Below are positions 52,054-61,151 of a stretch of DNA of 64,000 nucleotides, piece by piece. Within the stretch, counting starts at the first letter, position 1, and the number at the start of each line of letters is the position of its first letter. The notes under the pieces are model-generated. The model did no database searches and was not told the origin of the DNA. It saw nothing but the letters and a program-made list of their open reading frames with translations. The stretch is from NCBI GenBank assembly GCA_964412505.1, contig CAYPOM010000007.1:7376-71375 (forward strand). The letters are read 5' to 3'. Made by a program: the position numbers and the translations under genes. Source of the stretch: an uncultured Alphaproteobacteria bacterium. Lineage in GTDB: Bacteria > Pseudomonadota > Alphaproteobacteria > UBA3830 > CAYLKK01.

Positions 52054-52980
52054 TTAAGAAAGTTGCGCTGCAACTTCCTCTGCAAAATTAACCTGCTGTT
52101 TTTCTATTCCTTCGCCAAGGACAAATTTAACAAACTTAACAAGTTTAATTTCACAACCACACTCTTTTGATGTTTTTGTTACTATATCCTTAACCTTGTT
52201 TTCGCCATCCACAACAAAAATTTGTTCTAGCAGCACAACCTCTTCATAATACTTACGAATTCTACCCAAAACCATCTTTTCGACAACATCATCAGGCTTG
52301 CCAGTGGCTTTTGCCGTTTCTCTTAAAACAGTTTTTTCATGTTCTACCACATCTGCAGGGACTTCATCTGTTGACAAAAACTGAGGATTTGCTGCAGCTA
52401 TATGCATTGCGATTTGCTTTCCTAAACCTTTTGCAACATCATGACAACTACCGCAACACTCCAACGCAACTGCAACACCTATCTTACCAAGATTATCAGA
52501 AATCTTATTATGCACATATGTAGCTACAACACCATTTTCTACACAAACGTGTTCAACTCTACGAATTTGCATATTTTCACCGATAACAGCTATCAAGTTA
52601 GTTAGCTGATCTTCAACCGAAGACGATTCGCCAGGATACTGAGCTTTTTTCAAAGATTCTATATCCATACAATTTTCATGCGCCAAGCCAGCTACATCTT
52701 TTGCGAATTGTTGGAACTTATCGTTTTTCGCAACGAAATCAGTTTCCGCATTTAACTCAACTAATGTAGCGCAATTTTCACAAGAAGTTACAGCCACAAC
52801 ACCATCTGCCGCTACTCTACCTGCCTTCCTAGAAGCAGACGCTAACCCTTTTTTTCTCAACCAATCAATAGCTTGATCAACATTCCCATCGCACTCAACT
52901 AAAGCTTTTTTACAGTCCATCATACCGGACCCAGTTATATCTCTTAACGCTTTTACGTCGCTAGCACTTATATTTGCCAT
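52054..52980 (-). CDS. tsf: elongation factor Ts
   Basis: GMMDCKKAL, ETDFVAKN, IGEN, AMHIAA, GEGIEK. Confidence 0.97.
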   Translation of the reverse strand: MANISASDVKALRDITGSGMMDCKKALVECDGNVDQAIDWLRKKGLASASRKAGRVAADGVVAVTSCENCATLVELNAETDFVAKNDKFQQFAKDVAGLAHENCMDIESLKKAQYPGESSSVEDQLTNLIAVIGENMQIRRVEHVCVENGVVATYVHNKISDNLGKIGVAVALECCGSCHDVAKGLGKQIAMHIAAANPQFLSTDEVPADVVEHEKTVLRETAKATGKPDDVVEKMVLGRIRKYYEEVVLLEQIFVVDGENKVKDIVTKTSKECGCEIKLVKFVKFVLGEGIEKQQVNFAEEVAAQLS

Positions 52981-52992
52981 AACACCCCCAAA

Positions 52993-53772
52993 CTATTCCC
53001 CATCAGACTCGCAAACAGCGGCAGATTCATGTTTATTATCTACAACAGGATTTTCCATGTTACCGACATCGACACCTGCAGCGGATAACCCTTTTTGCAT
53101 ACCAGAAATTATTGCAGATTCGACCAAGAAACAATACAAATCAATTGCCTTGATTGAGTCATCGTTTGCTGGAATTGGAAAATCAACTATAGTTGGATCA
53201 GAATTTGTATCGCAAATTGCGAATACCGGAATACCGAGTTTTTTTGCTTCTGCGACAGCCGTCGCTTCGTTCACGATATCTATAACAAACAAAGCGGAAG
53301 GCAAACCGCCCATTTCCCTCACTCCACCTAAGTTTTTTGTTATTTTAGAAATGCGACGTTCTAGGCCAAGCAACTCTTTCTTTTTTAAATTCAATTCTTT
53401 ATCAGACAACCTTGCTTCTAGCTCTTCAAGTTTCTTAATTGACTGAGAAACAGTTTTCCAGTTTGTCAACATACCACCAAGCCAACGGTTATTTACGCAA
53501 TATTGGCCTGTTTTTTGCGCAGCTTCCGCGACTCTAGCTGAAGCTTGCCTTTTCGTCCCAACAAGCAATATTCTTCCACCTGCTGCAGCTATCTCTGATA
53601 GTGCATTTAGAGCTTCTTCAAATTTTACTACAGTCTTATCAAGATTGATAATATGTATCTTATCTTTTGTTCCATATATATATGGGGACATTTTTGGATT
53701 CCAACGCCTTGCATTGTGTCCAAAATGCGCACCTACTTCTATAAGCTGCGCAACATTCACTTTATTATTCAT
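52993..53772 (-). CDS. rpsB: 30S ribosomal protein S2
   Basis: GAHFGH, WNPKM, RWLGGMLTN, DTNSDP, NDD; start ATG 53772 (track 53811). Confidence 0.97.
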   Translation of the reverse strand: MNNKVNVAQLIEVGAHFGHNARRWNPKMSPYIYGTKDKIHIINLDKTVVKFEEALNALSEIAAAGGRILLVGTKRQASARVAEAAQKTGQYCVNNRWLGGMLTNWKTVSQSIKKLEELEARLSDKELNLKKKELLGLERRISKITKNLGGVREMGGLPSALFVIDIVNEATAVAEAKKLGIPVFAICDTNSDPTIVDFPIPANDDSIKAIDLYCFLVESAIISGMQKGLSAAGVDVGNMENPVVDNKHESAAVCESDGE

Positions 53773-53782
53773 AAAAAACTTT

Positions 53783-53855
53783 CTCCGGTTATACCTCTGC
53801 GAGATGCCCAAAAGACCGGAATGACCAAGCCCATCTTAGCCAAAAATCTCGCATG
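53783..53855 (-). ncRNA. rpsB leader (S2 autoregulatory / t44-like RNA)
   Basis: TGCGAGAT...ATCTCGCA stem followed by GAGGTATAACCGG; inner TTCCGGT complementary to downstream ACCGGAG. Confidence 0.75.
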
Positions 53856-53868
53856 ATCAATGGGAAAG

Positions 53869-53897
53869 ATTCTACCAAAAAACATAAAATTAGACAA
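53869..53897 (-). promoter_or_regulatory. sigma70 promoter of rpsB operon
   Basis: Minus strand TTGTCT-17 nt-TAGAAT directly upstream of the leader. Confidence 0.6.
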
Positions 53898-54021
53898 GTA
53901 TATAATGGGTATATCAAAAACATTGGCAGCATAGATTTAATTGTTCGAGCGAAATATCTCAAGCCTTTAGTATAGAATTAACTTAAATGATATACAATTA
54001 TAGCAACAGAGTTGGATCGAA

Positions 54022-55809
54022 ATGCAAATGAGAATTATTATTTTATGCGCATTGTGCAGCTTCATCTATGCTGCAGAAAGTTACGGCGGAAACTTTTTCA
54101 GTTCGTACAAGCAGCAATCTACTGCAAATACAGGGAATGCAGCGTCTGGTGTCACTAGCGGAGGAAGTAAGGTGCTCGGAGCTCTTGGTGCTATAAGCTC
54201 TATCGGAGCCGGCATTACTGCTGCAGCTACTCAGTTTGGTAGTATTGATGAAAGTCTAGAAATAACAAATTTAGCTTTAAAAAATACAGCATTTGGAAAT
54301 CTCGTAAATGCAAATCCGCAATTTAAAATGTGGCTGACATCTCACCCACAATTTTTAAATGCTTTGAAAGCCAATCCTGGGCTTATTAATGCGCTTGTGC
54401 AGAGCCCGCAGTTGCTAAGCTCTGTTATGACAAGTCCTGCTTTAGAACAATACCTGCAAAATAACCCTGGACAAGCACAAGCTCTTGCTGTAAATACAGC
54501 ATTAATCGAAATGTTTCAATCTAATCAAACGCTCGCAACTCAAATACTTAGCAGCCCAGAACTTTTAGAAGTCCTGAACACAAATCCAGGAATTGTTCCT
54601 CAACTCAAAAACAATTCTACACTTGTTAGTACATTAATTAGCAATCCTCCGTTAATTCAAGCGCTTAAGACAAGTCCCGCTCTTCTAAATTCATTGGCTA
54701 GCAATCCACAACTTATTCAAGTTTTAAGTACAAATCAAACTTTAGTAAGCGCAATATCAGGTAATCCAAGCTTGGTGACTATTCTAACGAGTTCGCCGGC
54801 ACTTATTCAAGGTATTAGCACAAATCCTGAACTTGGAAACGTGATAGCCCAAGATCCATCTCTTGCAAACGTGTACAAAAATAATGTTAACTTGCAAAGT
54901 CAATTCAATCAATATCCGAATTTATTGACTCAAATAAAAAATAACCCTCAATTGGCGCAGCAATTAGCTCAAAATCCAGGAATGGCGGCTGTGATGTCAA
55001 ACTCAGCTGTAGGTGGAGCGATAGGTCTAGCTTCTACCGCAAATATGGTTGGAAATATGCTCGGATTGAATACTGGGAACAACATGATGGGCGCAGGTAT
55101 GAGTCCTATGGGCAACGGTAACATGATGGGCGGAGGTATGAGTCCTATGGGCAACGGTAACATGAATATGATGAACAATAACGGTATGCACGGAGGCGCA
55201 CAATACGGAGCCGATGACGGATACGGTTATAGCTCAAGTGAAAATAGTAGATCTCGATACGATAGCGCGTATGATGACAAAGATGACGAAAGATCATCTG
55301 GAAAACGTCGATCCCAAAAAAGAAATAAACATGATAATGACGACTTAGATGAAGATGGTGATACCGAATATTTAAGCAAACATAATTGGAGGAAATCGGA
55401 TAATTCAGGATATAATAGTAGCAATGGAGCGAGCAAATCATATAGCTCTAATAGAGGAAATGTAAAGCACAATGTCTTAAGACGATATGATAACTCGAAT
55501 AATGCATATAGCAACGGATACAAAGATCAACAATATGATGATTCATATTACACGCAAACTGCGAACAGTAGAGTGTTTGAGAACAGAAGAGGCAATTCCC
55601 TTAACAAAAACATTCACAAAAATCGAACAAAAGCACGGAAAACTAGCAGAACAAACCAATCTAATCGATTTGCTATTACGAAGATTTTACCAAAGCCAAA
55701 AACAGTGAAGAAATACTATGTGCCAAATAATTATGGCCACCAAACAAAAAATGTAAAACTATCTAATGTTTCTAGAGCAAAATGCGCATGCAGATTAGTG
55801 TGCGAATAA
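54022..55809 (+). CDS. secreted decapeptide-repeat, low-complexity protein
   Basis: Signal peptide; 23 x 10-aa (N/S)PxLxxxLxx units; Gly/Met/Asn repeats; acidic then basic disordered tail. Confidence 0.85.
   Translation: MQMRIIILCALCSFIYAAESYGGNFFSSYKQQSTANTGNAASGVTSGGSKVLGALGAISSIGAGITAAATQFGSIDESLEITNLALKNTAFGNLVNANPQFKMWLTSHPQFLNALKANPGLINALVQSPQLLSSVMTSPALEQYLQNNPGQAQALAVNTALIEMFQSNQTLATQILSSPELLEVLNTNPGIVPQLKNNSTLVSTLISNPPLIQALKTSPALLNSLASNPQLIQVLSTNQTLVSAISGNPSLVTILTSSPALIQGISTNPELGNVIAQDPSLANVYKNNVNLQSQFNQYPNLLTQIKNNPQLAQQLAQNPGMAAVMSNSAVGGAIGLASTANMVGNMLGLNTGNNMMGAGMSPMGNGNMMGGGMSPMGNGNMNMMNNNGMHGGAQYGADDGYGYSSSENSRSRYDSAYDDKDDERSSGKRRSQKRNKHDNDDLDEDGDTEYLSKHNWRKSDNSGYNSSNGASKSYSSNRGNVKHNVLRRYDNSNNAYSNGYKDQQYDDSYYTQTANSRVFENRRGNSLNKNIHKNRTKARKTSRTNQSNRFAITKILPKPKTVKKYYVPNNYGHQTKNVKLSNVSRAKCACRLVCE
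55081..55165 (+). repeat. 39-bp direct tandem repeat (x2.2)
   Basis: AACATGATGGGCG(C/G)AGGTATGAGTCCTATGGGCAACGGT twice with one mismatch. Confidence 0.9.
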
Positions 55810-55814
55810 TATAT

Positions 55815-55847
55815 AGGACCAGTAACTCGCTCAAATTACTGGCCTTT
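55815..55847. terminator. hairpin between convergent genes
   Basis: AGGACCAGTAA-loop-TTACTGGCCT-TT. Confidence 0.6.
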
Positions 55848-55863
55848 ATATTTGCGTAATTAA

Positions 55864-57558
55864 TTAGATAACGAGTTGTTTCTTTCTAGACTTCTCGTCT
55901 AGCCTTGTTATTGCATATTGCTGAGCTATTCCCAAAATATTACTCCACGTCCAGTATATGACCAAACCAGCAGGTAATGATGCGAACATAAACATAAACA
56001 TAATTGGCATTACAATTGTCATCATTTTTGCTTGAGTTTGATCTCCAACCTGAGGTGATATTTTTTGTTGAATATACATAGATAGTCCCATTAAAATAGG
56101 CCAAATTCCTATGGAGAGAAAACCCGGTAAATCGATTGGGAGTAAACCAAATAGATTTAGAATGTATGCGCTATCTGGCATTGATAAATCATGTATCCAT
56201 CCTATAAATGGAGCATGCCTCATATCTATTGATATATATAAAACTTTATACAACGCAAACAGAATTGGCGACTGCAATAAAGCAGGAAGACATCCTCCAG
56301 CCGGATTGATTTTTTCTTTTTTATATAACGTTGATATCTCTTGCCCTAGTCTTACCTTGTCATCTTTGTATAGCTCTTGTAGGCGTTTTATTCTTGGCTG
56401 AAAGTCTTTTAGTCTATTCATTGATCTATAAGACTTGTTTGCTAATGGAAACAGTATTAACTTCAATAAAACTGTTAATAATATTATTCCAAAGCCCATA
56501 TTTCCGATTAAATCACTTGTAAATGAAAGCAGATAAAGAAGTGGCTTTGTTAGAATATATAAATAGCCAAAATCTATAGCTAGATCTAGATTTTTTACTG
56601 CTAGCTTTTTCTCATAGTAATCTAATATTTTTATATCTTTTGCCCCTACAAAAATATCATGAGACACTTCTACAGTTCTGTCTGTGGAAAGCTCAATAGC
56701 ATCGTTGGTAACGTCTAGACAATAACTTCCGTCTGCATTTTTTGTATATCTAGACACTATATGCTTGTTTTGCATAGGAATGACAGACACAAGCCAGTAT
56801 TTGTCAGAAATTCCGCACCATCCGCCCTGAGAGTCTATAGATATATCTTTTTCTTCGTCTATTTTATCGTATCCGATTTCTTGTAGTTTATTTCCAAGAA
56901 AGCCTATTGGGCCAGAATAAAACGACCAATTGTTTTCTCTCTCAGATGATTTGACATAACGCTTAAATATAATATGCGGACAAATTTTAGCCTTACTCGC
57001 AATAGTGTTTGCGACTTCTTGCTTTACGCTAATTACATATTTATCATCGATATAGTACGTAAGTTTAAATACTACACCTGCACCGTTGTCCCATGACATA
57101 GAAACTGGAGTTTGTGGAGTCAAATCACAATTAGAATCAACTCGCCAAATTGTATCTTTTGTAGGCAAAGCAATAGATTGATCCTGTGAATCCCAGTGAC
57201 AATAAACAGCATACTCTGTGCCATCATCGTTATTTAATACTTGCACGTTAGCTGAGTCATCAGATAATGTATCTTTGTATTTCTTTAGTGTCGCTGAGTA
57301 TATTCTAGCTCCTTTTGAGGATATACATCCAGACAAAAGCGGAGAGTTAAATTTTATGATTTTCTCTATTTCTGAATCAACAACTTGTTTGTTCGCTTTT
57401 GATATATGTGTAGTTTTGTTATGCGAAGTAACTTGCTCAACTTGTTTGTGACTCTGAACGAACTCGTGATTACCATAAAAATGATCGTAACCAAGAAGAA
57501 TCAATATGGTACAAATAAACCATACTAAATAATTTTTTGTATTGTCTTCTCTATTCAT
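55864..57558 (-). CDS. yidC: membrane protein insertase YidC
   Basis: N-terminal TM, DKYWL, AIDFG, GNMGFGII, NPAGGCLP, LPAGLVIYW. Confidence 0.96.
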   Translation of the reverse strand: MNREDNTKNYLVWFICTILILLGYDHFYGNHEFVQSHKQVEQVTSHNKTTHISKANKQVVDSEIEKIIKFNSPLLSGCISSKGARIYSATLKKYKDTLSDDSANVQVLNNDDGTEYAVYCHWDSQDQSIALPTKDTIWRVDSNCDLTPQTPVSMSWDNGAGVVFKLTYYIDDKYVISVKQEVANTIASKAKICPHIIFKRYVKSSERENNWSFYSGPIGFLGNKLQEIGYDKIDEEKDISIDSQGGWCGISDKYWLVSVIPMQNKHIVSRYTKNADGSYCLDVTNDAIELSTDRTVEVSHDIFVGAKDIKILDYYEKKLAVKNLDLAIDFGYLYILTKPLLYLLSFTSDLIGNMGFGIILLTVLLKLILFPLANKSYRSMNRLKDFQPRIKRLQELYKDDKVRLGQEISTLYKKEKINPAGGCLPALLQSPILFALYKVLYISIDMRHAPFIGWIHDLSMPDSAYILNLFGLLPIDLPGFLSIGIWPILMGLSMYIQQKISPQVGDQTQAKMMTIVMPIMFMFMFASLPAGLVIYWTWSNILGIAQQYAITRLDEKSRKKQLVI

Positions 57559-57601
57559 TTAACTCTCTTCACTATTAAATATCTAAACAAAACATGTAAT
57601 T

Positions 57602-58159
57602 TTAACACGTTTTTTTCTCTAAGTCTTTCAAGAATTGCAAGAACTCTTTGCCATCGTAATTTGCATGACCAGAATAACGGAAAACTTGTTTCCCCGTTTT
57701 GTCAAACACAATACATGTTGGAACGCAGTTTAGTGCTGGTAATTGCGATTGAGGTATAGCCTTAAAAACTTTAAATGACTTAATATCAGAATTAGTATAA
57801 TGTGTTTGTATATCATTTATATTATCATTTCCTACTATTATGCTAACTATTTCTATGTTTTTTTCATTAATTAGCTTATCTTTGCATCGCTCTAATTTTT
57901 TTAAGATTGCTGGACAACAATTACACCAAGTGTTAGTTAACATTACAACTGTAACCTTACCATTCCCATTGATTTTATGATGGTTGCCATCCTTGTCTGT
58001 TAAGTCAAAGCAAAAATTAATTGTATCTTCAGAAAAATCCTTACTTGAAGAAAATGGGACTTTTATATCTCTACTGCCAGTATGGTTCATAGTGCTTTCA
58101 GCAAAACTATGAGCAATCAATAAAACACAAAATGCAAAAACATATATCAATCGAGTCAT
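57602..58159 (-). CDS. exported TlpA-like thioredoxin-fold protein
   Basis: Signal peptide; LTDKDG, TWCNCC (CxxC), VPT..VFDKTGK. Confidence 0.8.
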   Translation of the reverse strand: MTRLIYVFAFCVLLIAHSFAESTMNHTGSRDIKVPFSSSKDFSEDTINFCFDLTDKDGNHHKINGNGKVTVVMLTNTWCNCCPAILKKLERCKDKLINEKNIEIVSIIVGNDNINDIQTHYTNSDIKSFKVFKAIPQSQLPALNCVPTCIVFDKTGKQVFRYSGHANYDGKEFLQFLKDLEKKTC

Positions 58160-58345
58160 TTTTACTATATCCTAATACCTACATTACATATGATATGGTG
58201 TTTGATAATGAATTTCCACATTTTTTTTTACATTCTGTTAATTTCTGTACTATTAAGTTCGTGCGGGAAGCGTTGTAAATTAGAGCCCGACGTTCCTGAT
58301 ACTTTTCCAAATACATATCCATACGAAGAACAGTAAGATTTTTAG

Positions 58346-58374
58346 TTGACATCATATTGATCTTTGTATATCAT
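58346..58374 (+). promoter_or_regulatory. sigma70 promoter of the tRNA pair
   Basis: TTGACA-17 nt-TATCAT, 14 nt before tRNA-Gly. Confidence 0.7.
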
Positions 58375-58388
58375 TCAATATGTGAGTT

Positions 58389-58463
58389 GCGGGTGTAGCT
58401 CAGCGGTAGAGCACAACCTTGCCAAGGTTGGGGTCGAGGGTTCAATCCCCTTCGCCCGCTCCA
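58389..58463 (+). tRNA. tRNA-Gly(GCC)
   Basis: GCGGGTG/CGCCCGC acceptor stem, CAACC-TTGCCAA-GGTTG anticodon arm, TTCAATC T-loop, encoded CCA. Confidence 0.97.
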
Positions 58464-58477
58464 TGTTATGATGTTTG

Positions 58478-58553
58478 GTCCCCGTCGTCTAGAGGCCTAG
58501 GACACCGCCCTTTCACGGCGGCAACACGAGTTCGAATCTCGTCGGGGACGCCA
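58478..58553 (+). tRNA. tRNA-Glu(TTC)
   Basis: GTCCCCG/CGGGGAC acceptor stem, CCGCC-CTTTCAC-GGCGG anticodon arm, TTCGAAT T-loop, encoded CCA. Confidence 0.97.
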
Positions 58554-58644
58554 ATCTGAAATTTCAACAAAAATTAGCGATTTGGATGCGTTATGATATC
58601 CCTTATAATTCGTTTTTTATAAAGAATATTGTGTGAAATAAGCA

Positions 58645-59409
58645 TTATATTGCGAAATCTTTTCGAATTCTTATAAAAGTTTTATTAAACTGCTCATCAT
58701 GAACATTGTTTGCATATGGAACTATGTAATCATAAAATATATGCTGTCTTGATTCACCAGTTGCATACTCTGATATTAATGATTCTATTGTGCTTTTGTT
58801 TAATTCTTTAGATTCATTCGTGTAATGAATTGATAGCCTGCTATCTAAAAATTTTATTACAAAAATCATTATTTCACTTATACTTTTGTAATATTTATCT
58901 TTTTGGCGATTAATTAAATATTCAAAAATTTCAAGCGAATAAGTCACAATTTCAGCAGAAAATAAAAAGCATGGAGAAAAAAGCATACTAAGAAGCGCTT
59001 CACTGTTTGCTGGTATTGTCTTATCGCTAAACACGATTTTAAGATTCTCTTTTATAGTACTCTTCATGCACGAAATGTTTATTGAACTTAAAATCTTTGC
59101 TATATATTGAATGTCATCGTGTTCTAGTTTATTTTTTATAAAAAATTTGAATATTTTATTAATAATCACTTTCTGTTTTTTTATGCACAAGTTAGATAAT
59201 GATTCAATATGGAATTTAGCTTCGTGTAGTTTATATTCATCTTCGAGAGATAAATTTTTCTTTCTGCTAAGCTTTAAATAATTATCTAAGTAATACTCTA
59301 CATTATTTCTAGCATCTTCTTTGACATTACATCTTACGGCTGTTCCTCCCGCTATACATTGAACTGTTGTAAGAGCTATTACAACAGAAACCATGAATAG
59401 TTTGTTCAT
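58645..59409 (-). CDS. hypothetical secreted helical protein
   Basis: GGAGG SD; signal peptide MNKLFMVSVVIALTTVQCIA; no family recognised. Confidence 0.7.
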   Translation of the reverse strand: MNKLFMVSVVIALTTVQCIAGGTAVRCNVKEDARNNVEYYLDNYLKLSRKKNLSLEDEYKLHEAKFHIESLSNLCIKKQKVIINKIFKFFIKNKLEHDDIQYIAKILSSINISCMKSTIKENLKIVFSDKTIPANSEALLSMLFSPCFLFSAEIVTYSLEIFEYLINRQKDKYYKSISEIMIFVIKFLDSRLSIHYTNESKELNKSTIESLISEYATGESRQHIFYDYIVPYANNVHDEQFNKTFIRIRKDFAI

Positions 59410-59426
59410 TTACAACCTCCTGTATT

Positions 59427-60173
59427 TTAGTTTAAATGTGCCGCGAAATCAAAATTCTTTCTCTCTTCTCCGCTAACATCTGCCAAAATTTTGCCCCCAC
59501 TCATTAACAGAGTTCTCGTAAAAAAATCAAATTCTACGTTTTTATTTTCAATTACAGCAATTACAGATACTTTGAAATCATCTGCTATACTTTTTAGTGT
59601 TGTCCACAACCTTTCAGATATATCATTTTTCAGTCCGTACGTAAATTCATCTACAAGTATAATTCTCATAGGTCTCACAACTGCCATCATTAGAGCAAGC
59701 GCTTGCTTATTTTCATGTGTAATTGTGCTAACAGGACGAAACAAAAGACTTTTTAGATCTAAGAAATCATATTTTTCCATATATTCATTTACTACTGAGA
59801 TTAGTTTATTACTAACAGCATTATTCCATACACTCATTTTTTTACCAGTTAACATTGATAACGCCAAATTCTCAATCACTGTAAGATTATTATGACATGT
59901 TGTATTGTGATTAGAAAATACAGTTGAAAATATTGCTGCCCGTTCGTTTGTTGTATAAAGTGTAATATCCTCATCGTTAAAAAATATTTTTCCGAAGCTA
60001 GGCTCTATATGCCCTGCAAGCACTCGAACTAACGAGCTCTTTCCACTGCCATTGTTTCCTAGAATACTAATTTTTTCTTTTGGCTCTATCTTTAAATTTA
60101 TACCTCTAATAGCCGTTCGTTCTAGCGGTTGACCTTTATCAAAAACTACAAACAAATCTTCTAGTCTTATCAT
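59427..60173 (-). CDS. ABC transporter ATP-binding protein (COG1101-like), degenerate motifs
   Basis: Walker A GNNGSGKS, NLTVIENL, Walker B ILVDE; ABC signature and H-loop altered. Confidence 0.85.
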   Translation of the reverse strand: MIRLEDLFVVFDKGQPLERTAIRGINLKIEPKEKISILGNNGSGKSSLVRVLAGHIEPSFGKIFFNDEDITLYTTNERAAIFSTVFSNHNTTCHNNLTVIENLALSMLTGKKMSVWNNAVSNKLISVVNEYMEKYDFLDLKSLLFRPVSTITHENKQALALMMAVVRPMRIILVDEFTYGLKNDISERLWTTLKSIADDFKVSVIAVIENKNVEFDFFTRTLLMSGGKILADVSGEERKNFDFAAHLN

Positions 60174-60203
60174 AATAATTCAGCTCCTGAAAATGACGTA
60201 TTA

Positions 60204-61079
60204 CTATTTGTAATATATACTCTTCATACCCCAAAAATAATCATTGCTATTTTGCCCGACAATCCGTTTTTCTGCAAAATGAATAACAATTAACACGATA
60301 GAAAATATTGAACTTATTGACTCTATTGATATAGGTACACTAAGTACATTGTGCAACATGCATATTACTATGTAGTACGCTATCCCAATAATAATTGCAT
60401 AAATAAACTCATAATAAACATTATATTTTATTGTTTGAGTAATTCTTCTTTCTGCAGCTAAAATTATTACAGTTCCAAACAAAAACACGCTAATCCCATT
60501 GAATGGAACTGAATTAACAGATATCATCCCAGCAATAGCACCAGCTAATGCTATAAAGATATTTGAGATACTTAATCCGATCAAAGATAGCACTTGCCTA
60601 TTTATTGCAAATGTATTTGAAAATGTTGTACTCCCGCCTATTGCCCTAACTTGCAATCCAAACTCTGATACTATGAATTTATAGAATAGCGCTATAGATG
60701 AAACGCATACAATAAATGTTATAGCTTTATATACAGTATGTATCTGCTCTGAAACTATCTCTTTTAGATCTAGCATATCTACTATAACAAATACTATTGC
60801 ACTAGACATTATACCACTTAATATTTTAGGAATATGAAAGTTAATATGACTGAATGAAGTTATACAACCTAAAATAGCCCCACAAACTATAGGAACAAAA
60901 ATTGCCAATATAGGCCGTCCACTATTTGCTAAATGTATACAAACACTACTTCCTAACACGAAACTCCCGCAAGACGTTAAGTCAAAAAACTTCAATATTT
61001 TCAATGATATGAACATACCGCATGCTAATAACGCGCCTATAATACCATTCATTATCAAAGATGAGCATATATCTAGCAT
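60204..61079 (-). CDS. ABC transporter permease (COG4120-like)
   Basis: ISLKILKFFDLTSCGSFVLG, ILSGI, FGLQVRAIG, GLSISN..ALAGA; multi-TM. Confidence 0.82.
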   Translation of the reverse strand: MLDICSSLIMNGIIGALLACGMFISLKILKFFDLTSCGSFVLGSSVCIHLANSGRPILAIFVPIVCGAILGCITSFSHINFHIPKILSGIMSSAIVFVIVDMLDLKEIVSEQIHTVYKAITFIVCVSSIALFYKFIVSEFGLQVRAIGGSTTFSNTFAINRQVLSLIGLSISNIFIALAGAIAGMISVNSVPFNGISVFLFGTVIILAAERRITQTIKYNVYYEFIYAIIIGIAYYIVICMLHNVLSVPISIESISSIFSIVLIVIHFAEKRIVGQNSNDYFWGMKSIYYK

Positions 61080-61151
61080 TTTCTTCTCTCCTGAAGATAA
61101 AAAATAGTATTGCCCAATCTAAACATTAGAAAGGGCAAACATACATAATGT

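Noticed and set aside
58179-58355. About 58-codon minus-strand ORF upstream of the tlpA-like gene
   Set aside because: No SD, no recognisable motif, and it overlaps the tRNA promoter
58389-58640. tRNA-Gly/Glu as the integration site of a genomic island
   Set aside because: I found no duplicated tRNA 3' end and no integrase in the window
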